Positions 20,535 through 31,735 are shown, counted from the stretch's first letter. The stretch is 64,000 nt of DNA from an uncultured Nitrososphaerota archaeon (GCA_963701075.1 OY969559.1:64001-128000), one strand, 5' to 3'. Notes: generated by a model from the sequence alone, not told the origin. Translations and numbers: made by a program.

Positions 20535-21131
20535 TTGACAATCGCAATCTACCTTGCTCATCTCAATCCTGTTACCAAAGCTCACGTTGAAATCATCAAC
20601 GAATTAAAAAATGGCAATGACGTGAGGGTTCTTCCAGTCATATTCAGAATCGATGGCAATGAAATCAACAGTAAGAGTTTTCCATTCAGTTATGAGTTGA
20701 GAAAAAAAATGCTTGAATCAGTGTTTGGAGACTCTATATCCATAGTATCAAATTACACATTTTATTCGCCATTTTCAAAATACATGCCTCCATTACTTTC
20801 ACCTTATTCGTGGAACATCAAAAAGCAAATTTTGGACGGAATTAAAACAGATTACTTTACGTATACTGGAGACAAGGCAGAAGCCTTTGTGCTAAGGATT
20901 TACGGATTGAATCCAAAGGTCGGTCAAAGAAAAGAAACATCAGCTTCATTTGTAAAACAAAAAATGTTTGAATCTGCAATGGGAAAGGATACTGACTGGG
21001 AACAGTATGTGGAACCTGAAATTGTAAAGATCATACATGAGAATTGGGATGTTGTGAAGAAATTTGCAAATTCTCCTGACCTGACATATAGAGTACTTGG
21101 CATGAAATTTCCAAGTACTGGGTTTTGGTAG
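20535..21131 (+). CDS. HIGH-type nucleotidyltransferase-like protein
   Basis: HLNPVTKAH (degenerate HxGH), PFSYELRKKM, SASFVK. Confidence 0.7.
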   Translation: MTIAIYLAHLNPVTKAHVEIINELKNGNDVRVLPVIFRIDGNEINSKSFPFSYELRKKMLESVFGDSISIVSNYTFYSPFSKYMPPLLSPYSWNIKKQILDGIKTDYFTYTGDKAEAFVLRIYGLNPKVGQRKETSASFVKQKMFESAMGKDTDWEQYVEPEIVKIIHENWDVVKKFANSPDLTYRVLGMKFPSTGFW

Positions 21132-21166
21132 AAATAGATTAATTATAGGCAGAATGGGTTTTGTAT

Positions 21167-22084
21167 ATGAAAACTTTTGTTCCCAAGTTTGTTTGGTTTG
21201 ATGGCAAGTTTGTAAAGGACGATGAAGCGAAAGTTTCTGTAATGACCCATGCCGTTCATTATGGAACTTCTGTTTTTGAGGGATTACGGGGTTATTGGAA
21301 TTCAAAAAATCTTTACATTTTCAGATTGCAGGATCATATCAAAAGATTTAGGAATTCTGGAAGGGTGTATTCCATTTCACTGAGATTTACAGACAAGCAA
21401 ATAGCTGACGCAATAACAGGACTCTGTAAGAAAAACAATGTAAGAGAATCATGTTACATACGACCGTTTTATTTTGTAGGACGATATGGGATAAATCTTC
21501 ATGTGACAGAAAGCAGCCCAACTCATGCAGCAGTTGTAATGTTTCCCTTCGGAGATCTATTCAATAAAAATGGAATCAGTGCAGGTATTTCATCATGGAG
21601 AAGAATTCATGACATTTCTACTCCTCCCCTTGCAAAGATGGGCGGTAATTATTTGAATTCAATATTGGCAACCCAAGAGTGTAAGAGAAATGGATATGAT
21701 GAAGCAATCCTGCTAGATCATCTCGGGAACATCAGTGAAGCTCCTGGCGAGAACATATTCATTATAAGAGATAAGAAATTACTGACACCGTCTTCTAGTT
21801 CTTCGGCATTAGAAGGAATTACAAAAGATTCTGTGATTAAAATAGCAAAAGATCTTGGTTACGAAACAGTAGAACGTGACATTCCAAGAACAGAGATTTA
21901 TTTTGCAGATGAAGTGTTTTTGACTGGCACCGCAGCCGAGATAACACCTATTGTTTCCGTCGATGGCAAAAGCGTTGGAGATGGCAAAGTCGGAAAAATA
22001 ACACAGAAACTACAGAGCACATATTCAGAAATTACAATGGGAAGAAACAAAAGGTATTCCAGATGGATAACACCGGTGTATTAA
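21167..22084 (+). CDS. ilvE: Branched-chain amino acid aminotransferase
   Basis: HYGTSVFEG, AKMGGNY, EAPGENIF, LTGTAAEI. Confidence 0.95.
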   Translation: MKTFVPKFVWFDGKFVKDDEAKVSVMTHAVHYGTSVFEGLRGYWNSKNLYIFRLQDHIKRFRNSGRVYSISLRFTDKQIADAITGLCKKNNVRESCYIRPFYFVGRYGINLHVTESSPTHAAVVMFPFGDLFNKNGISAGISSWRRIHDISTPPLAKMGGNYLNSILATQECKRNGYDEAILLDHLGNISEAPGENIFIIRDKKLLTPSSSSSALEGITKDSVIKIAKDLGYETVERDIPRTEIYFADEVFLTGTAAEITPIVSVDGKSVGDGKVGKITQKLQSTYSEITMGRNKRYSRWITPVY

Positions 22085-22085
22085 A

Positions 22086-23021
22086 ATGAAAATTGTACAA
22101 ATCGGAGTTGGAGGTTTTGGCAAGAACCACACAAGAATTCTTTCCCAACTTGGAGTTCTTTCAGCAATCTGTGACGCAGATTTATCAAGAGCCAAGGAAT
22201 TTGGAACAAAGTACTCTGTTAATCACTACTCAAGCATCGATTCTCTTTTAGGATCAGAGCAATTTGATGCCGCCTTTGTTTGTACCCCTACATCAACTCA
22301 TTTTGGAATTGCCAAGACATTGCTACAAAAGAAGAAAAATGTATTTGTCGAAAAACCCATGACATATCTCTCTCTTGAGGGTGATGAACTGCTAGAATTA
22401 GCAAAGAAGAACAAGGTAACCCTAACATCAGGATATATCGAGAGATTCAACCCAGCAGTCTCACTTGTAAAGGAATACGTCAAGACAAAAAAATACGGAG
22501 AGCTGATAATGTTAGAATTTCATCGAGAAAACAGAATGCCTCCCCACATCAAAGATGTTGGGATAATTTACGACACTTCAGTTCACGATATAGATACAGC
22601 CATGTGGCTTTTTGATGATGTTCCTGAAGTGGTCTTTGCAAGATCCGGTAGAATAAGACATGAGCATGAAGATTTTGCTACAATAATGCTAGGTTTTAGA
22701 GAAAACAAAGTAGCCATTATTTCATCAAACTGGATAACTCCAATTAAAGTTAGAAGATTCAATGCTGTTTGTGGAGATGCAATAATTTCTTCTGATTTTA
22801 TCACACAAGAAGTAAAGATAGAAACCAATTCAGGAGCCGAGATTCCACGAAAAGACGTAGAAGAACCACTTCTTTTGGAAATTAAAAATTTCATTGCTGC
22901 GTCAGAGGGCAAAGAAAACATAAGGGTAAGGCCGGAAGACGCATTAAATACAACAAAGATAGCTGAGGCGGCACTTTTATCTAGTCACAAAGGGACTCCA
23001 ATTTATCTAGATCTCAAATGA
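22086..23021 (+). CDS. Gfo/Idh/MocA oxidoreductase (WbpB-like sugar dehydrogenase)
   Basis: GVGGFG, VEKP, ERFNPA, DTSVHDID. Confidence 0.85.
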   Translation: MKIVQIGVGGFGKNHTRILSQLGVLSAICDADLSRAKEFGTKYSVNHYSSIDSLLGSEQFDAAFVCTPTSTHFGIAKTLLQKKKNVFVEKPMTYLSLEGDELLELAKKNKVTLTSGYIERFNPAVSLVKEYVKTKKYGELIMLEFHRENRMPPHIKDVGIIYDTSVHDIDTAMWLFDDVPEVVFARSGRIRHEHEDFATIMLGFRENKVAIISSNWITPIKVRRFNAVCGDAIISSDFITQEVKIETNSGAEIPRKDVEEPLLLEIKNFIAASEGKENIRVRPEDALNTTKIAEAALLSSHKGTPIYLDLK

Positions 23022-23288
23022 ACAAAAAAATGATGGAAATTCTTGCATGTCCAATAGACAAACATTTCCCACTTGATATTTTCGAGATTTTATCAAAAGA
23101 AGACGTTATTTCAGAAGGTGCAATATTTTGTTCCAAGTGTTCTAGATTTTATCCCATAATAGATGAGATTCCCATCATGCTACCAGATGAACTAAGAGAC
23201 AAAAATCAGGAGATAGAATTCTTGAAAAAGTACAAAGACAAACTACCCGAAAAGATTGTCAACAAGAGCCTCTCCTTGGCATTTGTGA
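23018..23288 (+). CDS. Trm112-family protein (1-nt insertion near 23270)
   Basis: ILACPIDK...CSKCSRFYPIIDEIPIML; correcting AGCCT to AGCT gives ...NKSSPWHL-stop. Confidence 0.85.
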
Positions 23289-23294
23289 TGAAAA

Positions 23295-23772
23295 ATGGTT
23301 ACAAATTTTGTATCAGAGAAGGCAAAATTGGGCAAGAATGTGAAAATATGGCATTTTGCATACGTGGGTGACAACGCAGAGATCGGAGACAATGTAAAGA
23401 TTGGTTCTCTTGCTCATGTGGATTACAATGTAAAAATTGGTGACAATACAATGATAGAAGGCATGGTATACATACCTCCTCTCTCCAGAATAGGAAAAAA
23501 TGTTTTCATCGGACCTGCTGCTGCTCTGACAAATGACCCATATCCGGCAAGTAAGAAAATGATCGGAGTTACCATAGAAGATGGTGCAGTGATAGGCTCA
23601 AGAGTCTGTCATAAAAGCTGGAGTAACAATTGGAAAAAATAGTGTAGTGGCAATGGGGGCAGTAGTTATCAAAGATGTTCCTGCAAATACAGTAGTTGTC
23701 GGAGTTCCAGCCAAAATCAAGTATTCTCGTGAAGAATATGATAAAAAGAAGAAAGATTGGGAAGATAGCTAA
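23295..23772 (+). CDS. Hexapeptide-repeat N-acetyltransferase (WbpD-like; 1-nt insertion near 23605)
   Basis: IGDNVKIG repeats, TNDPYP; corrected tail [22 protein letters not shown]...GVPAK. Confidence 0.88.
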
Positions 23773-23999
23773 TTTCTGATTTGCTTGTGAAATATCCAGT
23801 TCTTTATCTTTGACATGATAAAGATCCAGAGCACTACAAGAAATACAGCAATGATTGCCTTTATGCCTGAATCTAAAAATTCACTATATTTTCCAAAACC
23901 TTGTATCGAGATTGGCGCAATTGTTAAAACAAGAAGGCCTCCACCGGCTAGAATCATTAGCCACATTATGAAGACATATACAAAGATCTGCCCTTTCAT
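23769..23999 (-). CDS. Small two-TM membrane protein
   Basis: Two hydrophobic segments; ATGA overlap with the upstream gene. Confidence 0.7.
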   Translation of the reverse strand: MKGQIFVYVFIMWLMILAGGGLLVLTIAPISIQGFGKYSEFLDSGIKAIIAVFLVVLWIFIMSKIKNWIFHKQIRN

Positions 24000-24991
24000 A
24001 TCTTAATACCTGTCATAAATGCCGTAATGATTGCAAGTGCAGCTGAAAACAGCGCTAGCTTGAAAATTGTAAATCCTACCTCTTTTTCTGTCATAGGTCC
24101 ATTAGCTAAAATCAAACGCACCAACGTCACTGGAGCGTCTTTGTGTTCAGTAGCTTTGAGTTTGAAATCTTCGGTATGTTCCACAGGATTTGATTTTAGT
24201 TGCCTGTGTTCAACTATTCGTTTTACGCTTGATAGAAATAGAAATGAGTTTATCACTGCGGGCAACAAAGCAACCGCAGCGATTATTTCTACATGACCTA
24301 CTATAGCAATTGTTCCATACATAGCACCTAAGGTGAGTGCTCCTGAATCACCAGGAAATATTCTGCTAGGAAACTTGTGGTATTTGTAAAAAGCAAGAGA
24401 TACAAAACCTAGAGGCAAACTTGCTATACCTATATCATAATGATGAACGATAAACAATGATATCGTGAGCGCAAAACTAGCAATTGTCATAAATCCACTT
24501 GCAACACCATTTAGCACATCAATAGAATTTACCGTATTTCCCGTAATTGGAATCATGAGAATTATCAAGGCCAGATACAATTCAGGAATGTGAACAGAGC
24601 CAAATAGTGGAAAATCCAAATGTGAACCATGTGCTCCTAACAAAATTATTGGAATTGCAGTAGCTGCTAGAGCAAGAGGTTTGAACCACCCACCCAATAC
24701 TTTTCTATCATCTGCCAAACCTACAAGAAATGCCAGAAAAGTGGTAAGAATTATTGCCAATACATCTACTGAAGAAAAGAACGCATAAAGAACAAGTTCT
24801 GAGACCAAGATTCCTGCAAGAAGGGATGGACCCCCAGGCCTTGCCACCATTGCACCTCCAACTCTATTGTAATCTTTGACTACAAGTTTTCTTTTTTCTA
24901 GGTTTTTGATAAGAATTGGAGTAATGGCGTAAACAGTAACAAATGCTATGGCTGAAACTACTATAGCCGCTATTGTTTTGTCAAACATCAT
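23996..24991 (-). CDS. UDP-GlcNAc:dolichyl-phosphate GlcNAc-1-phosphate transferase (AglH/MraY family)
   Basis: GLADD, NSIDVLNG, IFPGDSG, multiple TM segments. Confidence 0.88.
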   Translation of the reverse strand: MMFDKTIAAIVVSAIAFVTVYAITPILIKNLEKRKLVVKDYNRVGGAMVARPGGPSLLAGILVSELVLYAFFSSVDVLAIILTTFLAFLVGLADDRKVLGGWFKPLALAATAIPIILLGAHGSHLDFPLFGSVHIPELYLALIILMIPITGNTVNSIDVLNGVASGFMTIASFALTISLFIVHHYDIGIASLPLGFVSLAFYKYHKFPSRIFPGDSGALTLGAMYGTIAIVGHVEIIAAVALLPAVINSFLFLSSVKRIVEHRQLKSNPVEHTEDFKLKATEHKDAPVTLVRLILANGPMTEKEVGFTIFKLALFSAALAIITAFMTGIKI

Positions 24992-27114
24992 CTTATCTTT
25001 TTGAGTTGTGTCTTTATGTTTTCTGCAATTCCAGGCCCAATCTTATCAATTTTGGCAAGTTTTTCAACAGGAATCGATGCTAATTCGTCTAGGTTCTTGA
25101 TTCCATTTTTGTACAGAATTCTTGCACGTATTCTTCCAATGCCCCGTACTTTGACAAGATCAACAAGTTCTTCCTTTATTCCATATGCCATTCTAGTTCG
25201 TAAGACGTCTAGTTCGTCCATTACGTTATTTGACTTTTCAAGCTTTGCAATCTCATAAAATGCATGAATGAGCCAGTCTGCTGTTTCAGACATTCTATGC
25301 ATGTCCCCTGATTCGATACCCAGATTATCAGAAAGAGAGATCTCGCTTGATTCAGTGATCCAAGCATGCATTGCAAGTAGGCTTCGATTGCAATCATATT
25401 CTGAAATGCTTTCAATCAATTGATCAGAATAGTTTTCAAGAAGCGTACTGAGTAATTCATAATCTTTGTTCCTTAATGAAAACTTGGGGAAAAAATCCTC
25501 ACAGCTTGTGATAATGTGTAATATCCCAAGAGTGTGTTTTCTGCCTTTTGAAATTTGCTGAAGTGTTTTTCTGAAATAAACAGCTGTTAGTGGATCTATG
25601 TACAAAGTTGAAGTCTTTTTGCCAAATTCTGTTGCGATGAATCTACCTCCTTTTTGTTTCAAGAGTTCTTCCAGTTCAAGATAGCGTAATGCTATCTGAA
25701 TCTTGAATTTTATAGTTGATTTTCTTTCCTGAAATCCCGAAAGTGTTTTTGAAAAAAAATCAACAATTTCTTCATTTTTTATTCCAGGAGTAGTTGAAAC
25801 TAGGCTCAATATGTGAATTCGTAGTGCCTTGTCATCTGTAAGTTTTGAAGAAATTGGCTCCGGCATGCCATTGATGTAATAATCAAAGAGATCATTACTG
25901 TTAGAGCTTCCAACGATAATAGATTCTCCATATTCATCATATTGAGGCCTCCCTGCTCTTCCAGAAAGCTGTTTGTATTCAAGAATGCTGATAGGTTTGT
26001 TGACTCCATATTTTCCGTCATATCTATTGATGCTAGAAATTATTACTCTTCTTGCTGGAAGATTTACTCCAGCAGCCAGTGTAGGCGTAGAAGTCAGGAT
26101 CTTTATTCTCCTATTCCTAAATTCTAACTCTACAATGTCTCTGCAGTTCTGGTTCAGCCCTGCATGGTGAAATGCAACACCTTTTTTCACTAACGTTGCT
26201 AGATTTCTAATGAGTTCTGTATGTTCATTGTTTTCAAGAAGTCTTTGTGAGATTTGTTCTAGAATTTTCTTCTCTTCTTCTGTGATATGTTTTGAAACTG
26301 CATCAGATGCCTTTGTTGCAAGAGATACAGATCGTGCTCTAGTTTCAGCAAACAGGATTGCTTGGCCTCCATTTTTGAGAGAATCCAAGCCCAAGTCAAC
26401 TGGCGCTCCCCTAATGCTTGTCTCAATTTGAAAATTCTTCTTGTTCTGCATTGTTACCATACCCTGATCGTAAACTCCTTCCCAGAGCGGAACTGGCCTC
26501 CAGTCGCTTTCTACAAGTTTGCAATCAAGCCACTTCGATATCTCATCAGCATTAGTCACGGTTGCACTAAGTGCAAGTATCTGCGGTTTTTTCTGGAGTG
26601 ACATTAGTTTGGTGAGCACAATATCAAGGGTTGGTCCCCTATCCTCATCCCCCAGTAAATGGACCTCGTCTGCAATAACAAGACTGATTTCATTTAGCCA
26701 TTCAGCGCCTTGCCTCATTACAGAGTCCATCTTCTCATTGGTAAGAACAAGAATATCGTTTGATCCTAGATTTTTATCAGTCTGATCATAATCACCTGTT
26801 GAAATCTGAATCTTAATTTTTTTATCAAGGTCTACAGATTCTAGTTTTTTAAATTCAGAAAATTTTTCAGAAGCGAGTGCTTTGAGAGGACTGAGATACA
26901 CTACTTTGCCCTTTTTCTCAGAGATGTGCTTTATTATGGCAAGCATGGCAATTAGCGTCTTTCCGCTTGCAGTTGGAGCAGAAACAAGGATGCTTTTTCC
27001 ATCTAATAACCCAGCCTTTACACTCTTTTCTTGCGGTGGATAAAGAGTAACAAATCCACTATCGCAAAGAAATTTGATTGCAGTTTTGGGGATATCTAGT
27101 TCCGATACTTTCAT
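24988..27114 (-). CDS. hel308: Ski2-like DNA helicase Hel308
   Basis: PTASGKT, DEVH, LSAT, GVNLPA, GRAGRP, RIRAR. Confidence 0.93.
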   Translation of the reverse strand: MKVSELDIPKTAIKFLCDSGFVTLYPPQEKSVKAGLLDGKSILVSAPTASGKTLIAMLAIIKHISEKKGKVVYLSPLKALASEKFSEFKKLESVDLDKKIKIQISTGDYDQTDKNLGSNDILVLTNEKMDSVMRQGAEWLNEISLVIADEVHLLGDEDRGPTLDIVLTKLMSLQKKPQILALSATVTNADEISKWLDCKLVESDWRPVPLWEGVYDQGMVTMQNKKNFQIETSIRGAPVDLGLDSLKNGGQAILFAETRARSVSLATKASDAVSKHITEEEKKILEQISQRLLENNEHTELIRNLATLVKKGVAFHHAGLNQNCRDIVELEFRNRRIKILTSTPTLAAGVNLPARRVIISSINRYDGKYGVNKPISILEYKQLSGRAGRPQYDEYGESIIVGSSNSNDLFDYYINGMPEPISSKLTDDKALRIHILSLVSTTPGIKNEEIVDFFSKTLSGFQERKSTIKFKIQIALRYLELEELLKQKGGRFIATEFGKKTSTLYIDPLTAVYFRKTLQQISKGRKHTLGILHIITSCEDFFPKFSLRNKDYELLSTLLENYSDQLIESISEYDCNRSLLAMHAWITESSEISLSDNLGIESGDMHRMSETADWLIHAFYEIAKLEKSNNVMDELDVLRTRMAYGIKEELVDLVKVRGIGRIRARILYKNGIKNLDELASIPVEKLAKIDKIGPGIAENIKTQLKKIR

Positions 27115-29192
27115 ACCCGGTTATAATGACCGGGTTTTGATTCATAAATAGCTGACTCTCGTTGCAATTTCTTGATGTATTTTCTTGCTTCCTCTTCAGT
27201 GAATTTGCCTGTCTTGACTAGTTCTTTTACGAAGGTTTTTTCTTCGACAGGTCTTTTCTCATCTCCTTCCAATGATTTCATTACATCCATGAATAGTTGC
27301 ATCTTTGATACTTCACTGTGAGGCCTACCTTGAAGAACTCCAAGGTCCACCTTTCCAGTGTTCACGTCGACTCCTGCGTCTTGAAGCATGCTTTGTATTA
27401 GAAATATTGCCCTTTCTGCATCTTCGCTCTCAACTTGTGTCTTCATCAATAGCCTTGCTCTAGCAGTAGCTAATCTCACAAGCCCTTCTAATTGTCTTGG
27501 GGTTACTGTAATCATTCCCTCAGATTCTACGTTTCTCATTGTCATATAATATTCTAGAATCTTTTCCTCTGCTTCTGATGTAAGTATCGGATCAAATCTT
27601 TTCGTATATGTCAGATACTTTGTAAGAATATCTACGTCAATTAGTGATTTAATGTCAGTTCCTGAAGTTCGATGTAGATTCAATATGTGTCGTGCTATTC
27701 TTGTATCTCTTTCTTTTGATGGGATATCCCTAACGACAAAGATGAGATCAAAACGTGTTAAAAGTGGGACTGGCAGGTTAACATTTTCCGTTATGTTCTT
27801 GAATGGATCATATTTTCCATACATTGGGTTTGCAGCAGCCAAAATTGAGGTTCTTGCGTTCAACGTTGCAACAATTCCACCTTTTGCAATGCTTACTGAC
27901 TGTTGTTCCATAGTTTCATGCAATGCACTTCTGTCTTCTGGCTTCATTTTATCAAATTCATCTATGCAAACAAGGCCTTGATCGCCCAGAACAACCGCTC
28001 CTGCTTCAAGCATCATTATACCAATCTTATCTCTCACTACAGCTGCTGTGAGTCCTGCTGCAGTGGAACCTCTTCCTGATGTGTAGAGTCCTCTTGGAGC
28101 AATTCTTGCACAGAACTTTAACATCTCGCTTTTTGCCGTACCAGGATCACCCACCAAAAAGACGTTGATATCTCCACGAATTTTAGCACCATCAGCAAGA
28201 AGTTTCTGAGTAGAACCTACAATCAACAACAAGATTGACTCTTTGATGATATCATGACCATGAACGTGAGGAGCAAATGAAGCTACAAGCCTGTCGTAAA
28301 TGTCTGCATTTTTTCCAAGCGATTTGATTATCTTCTCTTCATCTGGAGAGATTTCTTCCCTTTCAGTGCTCCTAGAGCTCTTGTTTCCCCTACCACCTAG
28401 AAACTCTATATTATTTCCCTGAATTCTTAATCTGTAAATCCCGCTCTTTCCTCTCATAGAAGGTATGTGCTCTTGTTCAATCCTTACAATTCCCGTAAGA
28501 ATTACACGGTCTCCTGGTCTTGCGTTGTCAACCAAGTCTTGAAGCACTGTAACGTCAAGATAATGAGGTAATTGACCTGGAGGTAGATCTTCAGGTAGTT
28601 CCTGGAGTCGCACCATTTGAAAATCAATGAATTTGCTTTGTTCAGGATTTAATTCTAGATCTCTATGAGTACATTTTCCATTATCACATTTTAGGGGTTC
28701 CTTGAATTCAAGACCTTTTTCCTGAATTCTTTTAGTCTGATGTCCATCTGGACAGATGTAAACTAGTTCTTTTGCAAGTGGTTTAATCTCAGAAGATCTT
28801 ACAACCATTCCCGAAACACTTATCATTTTTCCTATAACCTCTGCATTTACTTCACGCAGACTTCGCTGTGCTGGATAGTTTGAAATCCTGACTCTAATAT
28901 CATGACGGATTTTTTCTGCATATTGCGGAAATCTTTCCTTGAGAATGTCCTTGATTGCCCCGCTGAAAGCATGAAGAATTTCATCTGGATCCACATTGAA
29001 AACAGATTCAATTTCGTGGTATGATACCAGTTCGTTGTAATCTACCACAATGTATTGAATTTTCTTTGCCATCATCTGGTCAATTTCGTCAACATACTTG
29101 TATGAACCCGATTTATCTTTGAATTGACTTAGGAATTCCCTTACCTGATCCTGAAGCTTGCTTGATGAAATAGATTCAGACTGTACGGTCAT
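27111..29192 (-). CDS. mcm: MCM replicative helicase (no intein)
   Basis: GDPGTAKS, IDEFDKM, TRFD. Confidence 0.97.
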   Translation of the reverse strand: MTVQSESISSSKLQDQVREFLSQFKDKSGSYKYVDEIDQMMAKKIQYIVVDYNELVSYHEIESVFNVDPDEILHAFSGAIKDILKERFPQYAEKIRHDIRVRISNYPAQRSLREVNAEVIGKMISVSGMVVRSSEIKPLAKELVYICPDGHQTKRIQEKGLEFKEPLKCDNGKCTHRDLELNPEQSKFIDFQMVRLQELPEDLPPGQLPHYLDVTVLQDLVDNARPGDRVILTGIVRIEQEHIPSMRGKSGIYRLRIQGNNIEFLGGRGNKSSRSTEREEISPDEEKIIKSLGKNADIYDRLVASFAPHVHGHDIIKESILLLIVGSTQKLLADGAKIRGDINVFLVGDPGTAKSEMLKFCARIAPRGLYTSGRGSTAAGLTAAVVRDKIGIMMLEAGAVVLGDQGLVCIDEFDKMKPEDRSALHETMEQQSVSIAKGGIVATLNARTSILAAANPMYGKYDPFKNITENVNLPVPLLTRFDLIFVVRDIPSKERDTRIARHILNLHRTSGTDIKSLIDVDILTKYLTYTKRFDPILTSEAEEKILEYYMTMRNVESEGMITVTPRQLEGLVRLATARARLLMKTQVESEDAERAIFLIQSMLQDAGVDVNTGKVDLGVLQGRPHSEVSKMQLFMDVMKSLEGDEKRPVEEKTFVKELVKTGKFTEEEARKYIKKLQRESAIYESKPGHYNRV

Positions 29193-29704
29193 TTCTTATC
29201 GCCTATAACTTGTTTTTTAAATTCTGCACTGTTATCATGAATATAATCAAATAGGGCTCGCTCTTCAACTGTCAATTTCTTTGCTAATTCAGTAGCCATC
29301 TTGGATGAATCTGCCAATCTAATGATCTTTCCTTGTCTTTTACGAACAAGGGAATTTAGCATGCTTTCTATTTTATCACGGTCTTGCTGGGGCAGTCTTT
29401 GCATGAATGAATTCATTTTTATGTAAAATTCTGGCTCTAGGGTAGAAAGATCAAAATCTCCCTGTACGTTTTCTTTCACAATGGCTTGCTTCAAAGCTAC
29501 TACCATATCGGTGTCCTGTACTTCAGCAAGTTTTTCTGACGATAATACCTCAGCTACCCATCGCGGTATACTCAAAATTTCACCATGTTTGGCATCAATT
29601 GATACTTCAGGTGCATCGATTTTGAGATCATACCCAAAGTTGACTTTGACCTCCTGTAAGCGATACCCTATACTATGCATCTGTATTAGTTCCGATATAT
29701 CCAA
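29189..29704 (-). CDS. gins: GINS subunit (Gins23-like)
   Basis: IPRWVAEVL motif; ATGA overlap with mcm. Confidence 0.8.
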   Translation of the reverse strand: MDISELIQMHSIGYRLQEVKVNFGYDLKIDAPEVSIDAKHGEILSIPRWVAEVLSSEKLAEVQDTDMVVALKQAIVKENVQGDFDLSTLEPEFYIKMNSFMQRLPQQDRDKIESMLNSLVRKRQGKIIRLADSSKMATELAKKLTVEERALFDYIHDNSAEFKKQVIGDKK

Positions 29705-29714
29705 TTTACTTCAT

Positions 29715-29955
29715 GATCCTCCATTAGGCCCTAAAGCTGATCGATCAATTCTGTTAACAATTTACTCTGATCATTTGATCTAGTTACTCGTACATTACTT
29801 TCTATCATGATTTGCCTCGTGATATTTAATATAAAGTTCATCGGATGATCGCTCTAGTAATAATCCATTCTACCCCTTCTTAATAGATGGGTATTATGGC
29901 ATTACCAATAGCCCACATCAGATCGGCATCAAGAACAATGCATCCATGCAAGATC
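29715..29955. promoter_or_regulatory. GATC-dense divergent promoter region
   Basis: GATC at 29715, 29739, 29743, 29769, 29777, 29847, 29921, 29952. Confidence 0.6.
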
Positions 29956-29996
29956 ATAGACTTAATTTTATTAGTAGGGCAAAGAGGTAGGACCAT

Positions 29997-30950
29997 ATGA
30001 CCGAATCCTCCATGTGGGTTGAAAAATACCGCCCGATGAAACTATCATCCATAATAAATCAGAAAGAGATAGTAGGCAGTTTGAAATCACTTTTAAAAAA
30101 TACATCCGAGATGCCACACCTGATGTTCTCTGGATCGGCAGGCGTAGGTAAGACCACCACTGCCCTATGTCTTGCAAGAGAGATTCTGGGGGATTCATGG
30201 AAAGAATACACCTTAGAGTTGAACGCTTCAGATGAAAGAGGAATAAACATGGTAAGAGACAGAGTAAAAAAGTTTGCAAGGTTCTCAGGACTTGACACCA
30301 AAATACCGTTTAAGCTTGTCATACTAGACGAAGCTGATGAAATGACCTCTGACGCTCAGACTGCCCTTAGGAGAATCATAGAAGATACAGCTGGTCATTG
30401 CAGGTTTATCATGATTGCAAATAACATATCAAAAATTATAGAACCACTTCAAAGTAGATGCGCCGTATTCAAATTCACCAGGATCTCTGAAGAAGAGATA
30501 ATAGGACATCTAGAAGAGATTTGCAAAAAAGAAAAAATCAAGTACAACAAGGAAGGCCTGAAATCGCTATATTCGTATTCAGAAGGCGATATGCGCCATT
30601 CTATCAATATGCTACAAGCAACTGCAAGTCTTGGAATAATAAATGAAGATAATGTAAAGGCATCTGCCGGGCTTACAAAGATTAGTGATGTAGGAGATAT
30701 CCTGAAGATTGCACTATCTGGAAAGTTGACAGAGGCAAGAAACAAGATGGTTGAACTCATCAAGATATATGGAATGTCGGAATCGGATTTCCTAAAATAC
30801 CTTAATGAAGAATGCTACAAACTAAAGACGGATAATCTTTCAGATATTTTGGAATCCATCGCCAAATACGATTATCGGCTCATAATAGGTGCCAATCCCG
30901 AGATTCAACTTTCCGCCCTTTTGGCAGAGCTAGGAAAAATAGGTAAATAG
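29997..30950 (+). CDS. rfcS: Replication factor C small subunit
   Basis: WVEKYRP, GVGKT, ELNASDERG, DEAD, QSRC. Confidence 0.96.
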   Translation: MTESSMWVEKYRPMKLSSIINQKEIVGSLKSLLKNTSEMPHLMFSGSAGVGKTTTALCLAREILGDSWKEYTLELNASDERGINMVRDRVKKFARFSGLDTKIPFKLVILDEADEMTSDAQTALRRIIEDTAGHCRFIMIANNISKIIEPLQSRCAVFKFTRISEEEIIGHLEEICKKEKIKYNKEGLKSLYSYSEGDMRHSINMLQATASLGIINEDNVKASAGLTKISDVGDILKIALSGKLTEARNKMVELIKIYGMSESDFLKYLNEECYKLKTDNLSDILESIAKYDYRLIIGANPEIQLSALLAELGKIGK

Positions 30951-31034
30951 CGCAGAGAGAGGGATTTGAACCCCCGCGTGCTTGCGCACATAGGCTCTCA
31001 AGGCCCACGCCATGCCGGGCTAGGCGACCTCTGC
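30951..31034 (-). tRNA. tRNA-Ser(UGA)
   Basis: GCAGAGG acceptor, TGGGC-CTTGAGA-GCCTA, long variable arm. Confidence 0.93.
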
Positions 31035-31151
31035 AATACTTTTTCAGAAAAGACTTGTTAAAATTTGTTTAAGAACAAACGTTATCTGGCAAATAACAAG
31101 TATTTGTACAATATATCAGATAATTAAGAAAAATAAAAAAGTCGAAAAATT

Positions 31152-31709
<558 letters not shown>

Positions 31710-31735
31710 TTAAACCTAGACAAAGTTAGTTTAAA

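Noticed and set aside
27111-29192. Inteins in mcm or rfc
   Set aside because: Lengths are normal and the Walker motifs are uninterrupted
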